Source of the DNA: Psammoneis japonica
Taxonomy: Eukaryota
Length of the DNA stretch: 35,653 nucleotides
Assembly: GCA_008632985.1 (NCBI GenBank)
Contig: QPGO01000382.1
Coordinates: forward strand, 1 to 35,653
Reading direction: 5' to 3'
Position numbers and translations under genes: made by a program. The notes below the pieces were generated by a model. It had not been told where the DNA came from, searched no databases, and saw only the letters and a program-made list of their open reading frames with translations. Positions 11,555 to 21,376 of this stretch are shown here, one piece after another (the stretch's first letter is position 1; each line of letters opens with the position of its first letter).

Positions 11555-14500
11555 TCGTGACGATCCTTCAAGTGGGATTGCACGCAATCTCGTACAAAAC
11601 GCAAATGGCTCTAAAATGTTGACAGCAACTAAAAACAGATGTTGCATCTTTGTCCCCGTACAAATTCTACAGCAGCCACACAAAATTGAAAAATTCACTC
11701 AGCCTCTCGATCTTCGTTCTCCGCGACGCATCGAACAAACTTGAACTCAAAGTCGATGGCGCAGCGGTGCATCTTGAATGTTTTGACAAGCTTGTCGAGC
11801 GCAATCGGTCCAAATTCATGGACCCGCTTGGTGTCCTCAATGCATCCATTGTCAATTGCATGGCAAGCCTGAATGCACTGTCGTGCTCTCTTTGCAAACT
11901 TGCACATGCGTTCCAGCATCAACACCTCTTCTGACAAGCAATGCTCAACTGACTTCTTGAAGTTTTCTTTCCCTCGTTTCTGTGACAGGTCAAGGTTTCG
12001 GTGCTCACCTTTGGAGCATGCCCAAAGATGCTCCATTCCCTCCCCTGCTAATTCTGCATGGCATTTTGGAGTCAAGATGACTCGCACTCCCATTCGACGC
12101 GCATGATGTTGAAGCAGTGTCGTTTCGTTCGCGAAGTCTTCGCAGGAGGCAAGCATCTCTGCGGGCTCGGTGTTTTCCATGTGGTTCCCATGCTCATCCT
12201 TTGTCCCCCCTTTTGTGTGCTTTGGGCTTGCATCAATCAACCCCCTTTCTGTCAAGACTTGCAACAAGCCTTTGGGCTTGCCGCTCCAACCGGGCAATGT
12301 TTTCTGTGCTCTCTTTTTGGTTGATGTGCCGGCATTCTCACAGTCTTTCTGCAGATCCTTCTTTGTGGTGCCCTTTAGAACCACACAGGTTGGATCATTG
12401 GCCTTCAAGTCATTTTCTAACTCTTCCTTGAGTTTGTCAACAGTCTTCCATTCATCGGTCGGCATGTCATGCTTTCGTCACACCCGTTCTTCTGGGTCCA
12501 TCAGGTGAGGTCCCTCGTCATCGTCCTGAAATGCCATTTCTTGCGTCTCACCACTTTGCAATCGTTGAGAATTCTTGTGCTCTCCAATGCATTTGTCTGT
12601 GAGGGTGCTGCTTCTCATCTTGCATTTTCCACCCCACCCCAGGTTCATCTTGTCGGTCGACAACCCGTCCTCCCGCTGCTTCGAATGACCCGCCGAGTGG
12701 TCAAAAAAAAAGATGTGCTCAAATTCCGGACACATTTCATCCAGAACATCAACACAGTCTTCCAGCTGCGTTGCCATGTGGTTGCAATTCCAATGACCCT
12801 CGTTGTTCTGGCCGCACTCGAACTTGACCATGAACGGGCTCGTTTCCAAATCTTTCTTGGTGGCTGATCCTCGGGCTTCTTTCGCTGCTTCTTCGTCACT
12901 GCACTTGGTCCCTTTCCTGTTCTCATTGATTCGCTTGAGTGATTCTTCCTTGAGCGCTTGGATCAAGCCAAACTCGCGACATGTGAAAAGCGAGAGCATG
13001 ACTCCAAGACCTTCGTCCTTCGGAACAAGAGCGGTCTCGCCATGGGGTCCAACCCAAGCCCTGCCAGTCAATGGGAATTGCTTGAAAACAGCCTCATCTT
13101 GTCCCCGTGAAATGACTGGCTTTTCACCCGCAGGAAACCAACAGCTTAGATGGCCACCGCATTGCTTGGCTTTCAAATCGTCGGATTGCGCAATCTCATC
13201 ACGAAAGCCACTCCAGTCGTCGACGTGAAAATCCACGAACACGTTCCCGTCTCGAGTGAACAGAGAGCTCTCACCACGAGTTGGAACAAGCGACTGGTTC
13301 ATGAGATCAGTTGCCTCCTCCAATGGAATTTGAATCCATCTGCAGCACCGCTTCTCCAACTCGAGACACTCCTTGTTAAACTTCTTTCGATGCGACTTCG
13401 TGGCAGGCTTCTCGTGTCCATCAACATGAAAGCCTTTGAGCCCATGCGTGTGCTCAAATCCCAAGAGACGCATCCAACGGGCTGCTGTTGATGCAGAAAG
13501 TGACCTGAGTTTACACTGTTTAAGAAACAAACTTTTGGCTTCTTCCTCTTCTGCAGTCGGTTCTCTGGATTTGCCCAACGACTCCATCGCGTTCTCAAAG
13601 TCGTCATCATCAACTGCCACAACATCTTTCTTTGCGTTCAGCATCAGCGCCGGTGTGATTTTGTTGTGAACATGCTCGTGCATCAGTTCAACAGAGAGGT
13701 CCTTCAAGTTCTTGACTCCACAGCAAATAAATGCATTCTTCACCTCAGGATTCTGACTGAAGAAGGGCGGCAGTTGCGATTCGCTTCGGTTCCGGTGCTG
13801 AGGAAAGCAGTCACCTGCCTCAGCAAGCCGCTTGTGCCACCGCTGCACCACCTGCCAATTGGTTGTCGCAGTGATGCCATCTTCTTTTAATCGAGAAATG
13901 GCATGTTGACAGCACTGACCCCAACTCATGTTGTCCTCGATCTCCCTTCCTTCACCCTTGAGATTGTCAAGGGCCGCCTGAAGGGACACCATGATGCAGA
14001 GTGCACGATGACGAATGGACACCTTTTCAAACTCAGTTGCAAGTTTCTTGTCATCCTGGTCAGGCAAAACAGATTTACATCCTTGTGGATGATTGACAAC
14101 AGCAGAAAGAACGTTGATCCTGTCTTGTATGACCGACTTGACATCTACATCCGCGGGGTAAACCGACGTCGGCGCGAAGATGTTGCGTGCTCTCGTCGAA
14201 TCCCAACAGTTGAAGCGAGGAGCACCTTGTTGCCTTGCAGTCTCCAACTCTTCCTCAGACATGTCGTTCCCATTATTTTCACTTTCGATGCGTTGTTTCT
14301 TCTTGGCTCGTCGGGCCTTTTCTGTATTCTGGATGTCGGGATCCGTCTCCGAAAACTCTGCCAGCATGTCTGCTCTTCGCACCGAGCCTCTGCCCATTTT
14401 CTTTCAGACCGCCCCACTCCTCAGCCAGCCTTCAACATTTGTTGTTGTTGGCGGACGAAGAAACCGACTAGGAACTCCAACAGTAACAAGAAAGAACGTG

Positions 14501-15017
14501 TGAGGAGCTCTTTTTCCATTGAGCTCGCAACTGCACTCTGTCTTGTGCAAGCTCACACCGTCGGCGACAATGTTGTTTTCTGTCGTAACATTGGAAACTC
14601 CAGCCACATTTTTGTAAATCTTCTTTATTTCTCTGCCCATCACACGAACATTCTCATCGGTTAAACCAAATTTAGCATTGCAACACTCCGCCCAAAGGTC
14701 AGTGGACATCCAACAGTTGTGAAAACGCTTGTCGCCGAAGACGAGCTGCACGTGCTTGGCAACGAACGATTTTCTGATGTCGGTCATGATGATTTTTTTT
14801 GTTAGTGGTTGCAGGGAGCTTTACTGATATGTTTAGAAGGTGGAACCGCACAGTAACAAAAAAAGTCATGAGTTTTGGGGAAATTGTGGCCATCATCGTG
14901 AAGCGACCGCTTACGTGGTATTTCTCGTGCTTCGTAAACTTCCCTCCGAGAAATAAACTTCAACTTGATGACGTGTTATACTAATTACGTAGAAATCTAC
15001 TTAAAGTTTCGTCACGA
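11555..15017 (-). mobile_element. IS630/Tc1/mariner-like DNA transposon (~3.46 kb), inactivated
   Basis: Contains a DDE transposase reading frame and is bounded by a candidate imperfect inverted repeat, 11555..11601 versus 14972..15017 (34 of 46 positions match, one gap). A clean TSD was not found. Confidence 0.65.
11695..14787 (-). pseudogene. DDE transposase pseudogene (~1030 codons, two in-frame TGA stops)
   Basis: ORFs 14404..14787, 12478..14397 and 11695..12465 share one frame, separated only by TGA at 14404-14406 and 12478-12480. Motifs HVDGHE, GQDEAVF (D1), FFFDHSAGH (D2) and LTPKCHAELAGEGMEHLW (E) match the long-spacer IS630/Tc1-like family (YxDGHE, DE, FDxSxxH, PKxHxELxxxExxW). Confidence 0.85.
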
Positions 15018-15169
15018 GTCGTCTTGGCTGCGAGGAACTCACGCCACGGACATGCGCCATGCGCCGTGCCACATGCCACCAGTCTAACTAACTGCGTTTC
15101 GACTGTTGTTTGCCGTGTCCCATCGCAACAGAACGGATCACGAGAACTGGAATCAACTGACACTATATC

Positions 15170-15961
15170 ATGTTCAGCAGTTCCAATTCTTTTTTTACGG
15201 CTGTTGAACGGGGAGAGGTGGATCGAGTTCGAAGCATCCTTCAAGAAGGACAGGACGTGAACGCAACGCGAACAAGACGTGGCTTTTTAGAAATTCCAAT
15301 CTTTTTAGCTCTCAGAGTCCGAGAAGACGCCATGTTAGAGCTCCTCCTGGAACACGGTGCCAACATGAACCAGGTCTCGACATCTTTCGGTGTTGCGCCG
15401 CTGCACAAGGTGGCTCTCTACCCTCACGGGTTTAGATCCGCATCCAAAGCACAGTTGTTGCTGTCGCATGGGGCTGAAGTGGATCCCAGAGATGTTGGGG
15501 GCTCCACGCCTCTGCACAATGCTGCCAGAGTTGGGAACGAGGCTGTTGTAGAAATTTTGTTACAGAATGGCGCTGATTTGGACGCAGTTGACAAATTGGG
15601 GCGGACCCCGCTTCATGACGCATGCATCGGCAAGCGTGGAAATGAAAATGTGTTGCGCATGCTCATTGAACGAGGCGCAAATTTGAATGCAAGTGACAAC
15701 AGCGGGCTCATTCCGATTAATGAGGCAATCAGAGAGGCCCACGATCACCTGACGTTGCTCTTGATGGAAGCTCACGCGAAACATTTGATGGCTGTTGACA
15801 ACTCCCATCCTGGTTTATGGGCGCAAGCGTTTGCAACAGTCGGAAGCAAGAAAACTCCGGGCAGGTTGAGTTTGCTATTTTCTCTGCTTCAACAGAAACC
15901 CGATTTATTGGACTACTCACAGTGCAAGCAGAATGCAAGGAAGCGCAAGAGGTCTGATTGA
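15170..15961 (+). CDS. Ankyrin repeat protein (~5 repeats)
   Basis: GSTPLHNAARVGNEAVVEILLQNGADLDAVD, GRTPLHDAC, APLHKVA and LLLEHGANMN ankyrin consensus repeats. Confidence 0.93.
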   Translation: MFSSSNSFFTAVERGEVDRVRSILQEGQDVNATRTRRGFLEIPIFLALRVREDAMLELLLEHGANMNQVSTSFGVAPLHKVALYPHGFRSASKAQLLLSHGAEVDPRDVGGSTPLHNAARVGNEAVVEILLQNGADLDAVDKLGRTPLHDACIGKRGNENVLRMLIERGANLNASDNSGLIPINEAIREAHDHLTLLLMEAHAKHLMAVDNSHPGLWAQAFATVGSKKTPGRLSLLFSLLQQKPDLLDYSQCKQNARKRKRSD

Positions 15962-16800
15962 TTTGTTCCTTCCTTCCCGTGGTACATTGTTCTTTCAAAT
16001 ACCGCAAGACACTGGGTTCTCTTCAAGTGGCATTAGTTTGTTTCTCTGTAAGAGCATTAGATTTCAAAGCAGAACATCATGTGTCAGAGCACAGTGCTCT
16101 ATGTCAGACTCAAGTTCTATTGTAAATTGGTGTTATATTCACTGCCACTCTTATTCCTCAACGGGAATCGGACTACGGCACGAAGCCGAGCACCTCATCC
16201 ACGACAAACCGTGCAACTCTATGAAAAAGGAGCAGCACAGTTATAGAAGAATCTCCAAACGAATCATTGTGGTCACGATCGAAACCTTTTATGCGCTGTT
16301 TCTAGGAGAGATCTGAAAATGTTAAGAACTCGAGTCTCCTTTGTTGTTTGTTCGATAGAGCTCGTTTTGCTAGGGCCCTACGCATGGTAAGCTCCTCAGT
16401 TGAAGACCGACTGCTTGCAACATTGATAGCACTTATGCTCCTACTTATCTCTTGAATTAAGGATCCAAGAAGAGCTTCAACTTCTCAGCATGCTCAGGCT
16501 CGAAACGAATGGAACGTGTGCTACCAATCTCGTGGTAGTTTACTTCTTTTGCCGCTATTGAGACTGTCTTCAAAAAACACAGCTAGAGTGCTTTATCACA
16601 TAGTCGCACCTAATAGCATATTCCTCAGACGATATTTCACGCACAATTTATTCGTAGTGGCATTTATGACTTCAAGACTCAGCTCCGCAGCTCGCAACTT
16701 TGATTATCAAGCATCAATATTCCCAACAAGCTCATGGTTCTGGAACAAAACTAGCCTGCTCCATCATTTATCCCGAAGCATCAGTGATACAGTAGCTCTA

Positions 16801-19800
16801 TCACGCCGCAACGTCTAATATCGTGTTGGTGCTCTCCATTGTTATCTTGAAAGATGCATCCTTTGGTTGATTTTTCTCCAGACAAAATCGGCTAGAATCC
16901 TCTGCAAGACTCTCACGCTGAAATCCTTCTGGATGCTTTGAATGTATCGCTTCTATTTGCTTACGGAGGCCTGAGTTCTCAGGATACCAGACGTTCATCG
17001 ATTCTTGAACATGCGGCATTCGGCTGGCGATGAGTTTGTCATAGAGTTCCTTCCAACGCCCTCCATCACACAGGACGTTTTTCGGATTTAAAGGAAAGGT
17101 GTAACCGCCATCAATCTTCTCGCTGAGGAAGTCTTGTAATTCATCTACGTTGAGATATTTCCAACACACGTTCCCTGGAACGGTGTCTGATATGACCAAG
17201 TATTCGTCGTCTAGATCCTGAGGAAAGTAGTAATTGAAGCACTCTGCTCCGTGCCTTACTGGACCGGCGGTACTTGTAAGGCGGTGTATTGTGTTTTCCA
17301 TTGTACTGTACGACACTGGGTCTCCAAATCCCAGCTGGGGGACCTTGGGGTGAAAGCCATCATTGGCCGAATCCCTGAGCACTTCCAGCCATCGGCTAGT
17401 CCAGCTGTGAGGTCGTGGAGGGCTTTCGAGTATCTCTTCGATCTTATCTACACACCATGTCAGCACCTCCAATTGATCAGGCGGGAGCGGCGCAGAGTAT
17501 CTCACATTTCGTGTACCAATCAAGAAGCAGTCAAAGTCTGACACCACCGGCAACACACGGCCATTTTCTTCGTACGCCATTACGAACTCAAATGGACTCA
17601 GCGGGTCGTCCGTGCCGTATTGCAGAACGACTGCTTTTGGCATGCCTTTGACGTTCCTGGTTGACCTGTTGCGCAGCGAGGCAAAATTCATGTCTTGAAA
17701 GGGAGGAAGGGAAGGACGTCCCGTATCAAATTCAGAACCTGCTCTCCGAGTGCAGTCTTGCCTAACAAAACAAGCTTCCCAGAAAACACGGACAGATAGG
17801 TCCATCCCATATGACTGCGGAGAATAGTCATCAATATAGATGATGGAGGGATCAGTGACGTCCAACAGCATGCTCTTAAGCGCATCCCGCTGTGATGACT
17901 CACTAGCACGATCGTTTGAAAGTATCTTCGAAGCCTGTCGGACAGTCTCGATCATGTCTTGACCGACGGCCTCCAACTTGGCGGCAGCAACCTCTCTCGC
18001 ACGTTTATTCTTGAAGAATAGCCGAACTCTACCGTCCTTTGGAAGCGTCCGAACTTTGTACTTGTGCCTGTTTTCGTTGATCTGTAGGAATGGGACAAAT
18101 CCAGACAGCTTTCCACGCTTCGCGGACTTTCCTTTTATGTCTAGTCCTTTCCCCGTGCCTTCGTTCAGCATCATTCTACGAATCGCATCGAAGCTTGTCG
18201 GTCGCCAAATACTAAATACCATTGGAGCGAGATCGGTCCCTCGAAGTAGATCAGATATCACGTCCCGATCAATGCCATCCTGAAGGCTGTATGCCTTCTC
18301 TTGTGTGACAATGTTGACAGCGCTGAGGATCTGATAGCGAGGATCAACTCGACGAAATGTGGTCGACCAAATCTTTACTCGATCGGCTTTGCGAAGCGCA
18401 GCAGCAGGACGAACGGGCACTGAGGCTCGCCTGTGAATATCAAGACTTCCAGCGCTAAATGACTTGACGTCGCCCGTGGATGCGCTTTTTGCGGGCATTG
18501 AAAAAGACTGGCTTCTTTCTACCTTTGTCGAAAAAGAAAAGCCATCGTCCTTGTCATTTGTGGACGACACTGTTGTTTCGCCTATAGTGTCTACCGGTGT
18601 CTCTTCAAACTTCGCCAACTTTTCCAGGTCATAGGTATACCGTTCACTTTTTGGGTTGAACCGATAAAAAAGATGCTCATCTTTCAACGGATGCTGTCTA
18701 GAAACGTGCTCGAACAAGTTAAAGGCTCTCGCCAACAACTGGCCAACGTGCACTGCGTCTTCACGCGAAAGTGATGCGTCTCTCGAAACAAGAAAGTCCA
18801 CAGCGTCGCTGCCTACGAATGTATCCTTGTAGACACGTAAATGATGGCGATTCTCCGAAGTCTTGACTCCTTTTCCAAACTCAATAGCAATTTCGTTGAG
18901 CTCTCTCAAGTCCACAACAGTGTCGTCCGTGATATCATCGTGGGCCCCCCTAGGTTTGAGTTCTCCCATGTTGACAAAGCGGTAGAAGAGGTACGCATCT
19001 TTAAACTCGTGTTGCCGCACGCAGTGCTCAAACAAATTAAATGAGGTGGCCATCTGTCGTCCAAGCACTACAGCATGTTCACGAGTCTCTGCTAAGCCCT
19101 CCTCCACTAAAAAGTCGACCGCCTCTCTTCCGATGAAAGTGTCCTTGTATGTCCTCATGCGATACTTGTTGTCTGCAACCCTGACATTGGCTCGAAGACT
19201 TTGAGCAATCAAATGCAGCGAATCGGACTCGCTCGTCATGTCACTTGCAAAGGATTCTTTTCGACGTGCCTTTTCTTTCTCTGAAGTAAATTTGAAGAAC
19301 AGATAGTCATCTTTAAAGGAATGATCGCCAGTCACGTGTTCAAAGAGATGCATTTCGGATGCCAGCCTCCGACCAAGTACCACGGCTTCCCGCCGAGTCT
19401 GAGCAAAACTGGAATTGACGAGGAAATCGACAGCTTGGCTCGCAACAAATGTATTCCGGTACGACTTGAAGCGCCAAACATGGGTCCCAACATGGACTCC
19501 TTTACGAAATGCATTTGCCACCTGAAGCAAGGATGGAGTGTTGCCGGAATTGCCCACGCTGCTCACATGGCTGTGATCAGAATATGCGTCTGGCAACAAC
19601 ACGTCGTGCTGCGAGTCTTCGTCATCGGGTGTAATACGCCGTTCTGGAGGAACAAATCTATAAAAGAAGTAGTCGTCTTGAAAATCATGCTCGTTGCAAA
19701 CGTGTTCAAAAAGGTTGTACTGATGGACAAGCTTCCTCCCCAGCCTGACTGCGTCCTTTCTTGTTTCGGCAAGCTTGGACTTGATCATGAAATCGACCGC

Positions 19801-20889
19801 CTTGGAACCCACAAAAGTCTTTTTATATACCTTTAATCGGTACATGTGATCTTTTATAGGCATTTCATTCTCAAACACAAATGCAGCCTCTTGCAGCGGA
19901 GGGCATGACTTGTCATGTTGCTCGGCGTGGCTCGTGTCGTTATGGTCAGCATCGGAATGCGCGAATCTCTCGTCTTGAGGAGTAAAGGAGTAAAAGAGAT
20001 AGTCGTCTCTAAATTCGTGCTGATTTAGCACGTGCCGAAACAGATTGTATTCTCTGGTGAGTGCTCTCCCTAGTTCCACAGCATGGTGTCTGGATCGGGC
20101 CATTCCTGATATCACCATGTAGTCGACCGCGTCGCTTCCAATGAAAACATTATTGTACGTCTGAAAATGATACCGTAGATCTTTTGTTTCGATTTCATTT
20201 TCAAATGCCTTGGCCAATTCACTCAAGTCTTGAAAGGATGATGCCGAGTTCAAGGACAAGGATCCGAGAGAGCCTTCCTCCGAGTCGTCATCAAGCAATG
20301 CATGTCCATACGTATGCATAAAACACCCAACTTCGTCTTGGATGGACACGAATCGATGATGCTTTGGAACAAATTGAAAGAATAAATATTCGTCTTTAAA
20401 CGAGTGCTGTCGACAAACATGCTCCATCAAATTGTACTCCTTCATGAGGGCATTTCCAATCTGCACAGCATGCTTTCTCGAGTCTGCGAGCTTGTTTTTG
20501 ACCAGAAAATCGACCGCCTCTCTAGCTACAAAGCAATTTGGATAATTCCGAAAGTGATACTTGTGATCCGATACCTTCATGCCGTTCTCAAATATTTCTC
20601 CAATGCGCATTAGACTCATACCGTCCAACGAGCTCGCCAGGGAATATCCCGATTCGGATCTAGTAAAGTCGTCTGTAAAGCTGCCGCCTCTCGAGTTGAT
20701 GGAAATATCTCTGGGCGGTGAAAAGCTCAGACCGTTTTCATAATGACTTTCTTTGTTAGTTTCGTGAGAGACAACCAATGTCGACATGGATGATAAGCGT
20801 GGATCACTGACGGGTGGTGGTGGTTCGGACGCGTGATCAAGTACTTCTAGTCGATCATCTTGCTTGCAACATTGAAAGATGCGCTTCAT
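16801..20889 (-). CDS. Six tandem DEP domains fused to a C-terminal anthrax EF/CyaA/ExoY-like (class II) nucleotidyl cyclase domain
   Basis: Uninterrupted 1362-aa ORF. Six repeats of the form xxYxxxFxG/AxxAVDFLV...R..AV..G..L....LFEHV...H.FKD.YLFYRF (DEP; ~18650-20590). C-terminal motifs WRPT...GKGLDIKGKSAKRGKLSGFVPF, PVVSDFDCF and VRHGAECFNYYFP. Confidence 0.88.
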   Translation of the reverse strand: MKRIFQCCKQDDRLEVLDHASEPPPPVSDPRLSSMSTLVVSHETNKESHYENGLSFSPPRDISINSRGGSFTDDFTRSESGYSLASSLDGMSLMRIGEIFENGMKVSDHKYHFRNYPNCFVAREAVDFLVKNKLADSRKHAVQIGNALMKEYNLMEHVCRQHSFKDEYLFFQFVPKHHRFVSIQDEVGCFMHTYGHALLDDDSEEGSLGSLSLNSASSFQDLSELAKAFENEIETKDLRYHFQTYNNVFIGSDAVDYMVISGMARSRHHAVELGRALTREYNLFRHVLNQHEFRDDYLFYSFTPQDERFAHSDADHNDTSHAEQHDKSCPPLQEAAFVFENEMPIKDHMYRLKVYKKTFVGSKAVDFMIKSKLAETRKDAVRLGRKLVHQYNLFEHVCNEHDFQDDYFFYRFVPPERRITPDDEDSQHDVLLPDAYSDHSHVSSVGNSGNTPSLLQVANAFRKGVHVGTHVWRFKSYRNTFVASQAVDFLVNSSFAQTRREAVVLGRRLASEMHLFEHVTGDHSFKDDYLFFKFTSEKEKARRKESFASDMTSESDSLHLIAQSLRANVRVADNKYRMRTYKDTFIGREAVDFLVEEGLAETREHAVVLGRQMATSFNLFEHCVRQHEFKDAYLFYRFVNMGELKPRGAHDDITDDTVVDLRELNEIAIEFGKGVKTSENRHHLRVYKDTFVGSDAVDFLVSRDASLSREDAVHVGQLLARAFNLFEHVSRQHPLKDEHLFYRFNPKSERYTYDLEKLAKFEETPVDTIGETTVSSTNDKDDGFSFSTKVERSQSFSMPAKSASTGDVKSFSAGSLDIHRRASVPVRPAAALRKADRVKIWSTTFRRVDPRYQILSAVNIVTQEKAYSLQDGIDRDVISDLLRGTDLAPMVFSIWRPTSFDAIRRMMLNEGTGKGLDIKGKSAKRGKLSGFVPFLQINENRHKYKVRTLPKDGRVRLFFKNKRAREVAAAKLEAVGQDMIETVRQASKILSNDRASESSQRDALKSMLLDVTDPSIIYIDDYSPQSYGMDLSVRVFWEACFVRQDCTRRAGSEFDTGRPSLPPFQDMNFASLRNRSTRNVKGMPKAVVLQYGTDDPLSPFEFVMAYEENGRVLPVVSDFDCFLIGTRNVRYSAPLPPDQLEVLTWCVDKIEEILESPPRPHSWTSRWLEVLRDSANDGFHPKVPQLGFGDPVSYSTMENTIHRLTSTAGPVRHGAECFNYYFPQDLDDEYLVISDTVPGNVCWKYLNVDELQDFLSEKIDGGYTFPLNPKNVLCDGGRWKELYDKLIASRMPHVQESMNVWYPENSGLRKQIEAIHSKHPEGFQRESLAEDSSRFCLEKNQPKDASFKITMESTNTILDVAA

Positions 20890-21376
20890 TTCTTTTATTT
20901 AAGTCAGTACCAGAAGTCAGATACCTTGAGCGCCTCAATCTATGAGAACTTAGCTAGAAGGGGAGTCAAAGAGAAAGAATAGATAAGGCATGCACAAGCA
21001 ACACACACTCTTGAAAAATGCTCTTGCGTGTTGCGTGTTCCATCGCGAAGTTGCTCGCATGTTCGAGTGAAGGTCACGTTTGTCTTTGTTTATTGTGACA
21101 TTTACAGAGATGTAGAAAATCGTATTATGACATAAGAAGGTCATATTCAATATAACGTAATTTAGAAAGCGTCCGATTCTTCAATTAACATTAAAATAAA
21201 AAGGAATGTCAAAGTCATTTTGATAGGTTACAGAGAAACCGATCACAAAAAATGACGCTCCGCTTGACAAAACTGCTTCTTTCCCTTTCCCCGCCACAAA
21301 CATCGCATTACTTGAGTTGGCTATTGCATCTGACCATCGCTACTCCCCAATTCAACTTCACAAAGACGACCGCGAC

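Noticed and set aside
13903..14664. 253-aa plus-strand ORF
   Set aside because: Antisense shadow of the transposase frame in stop-poor sequence; no motifs.
11695..14787. Alternative genetic code or selenocysteine to explain in-frame TGA and the missing Tyr
   Set aside because: Neighbouring genes end in TGA (8643, 15961, 22761) and use Tyr normally; the effect is regional and at dinucleotide level, independent of frame.
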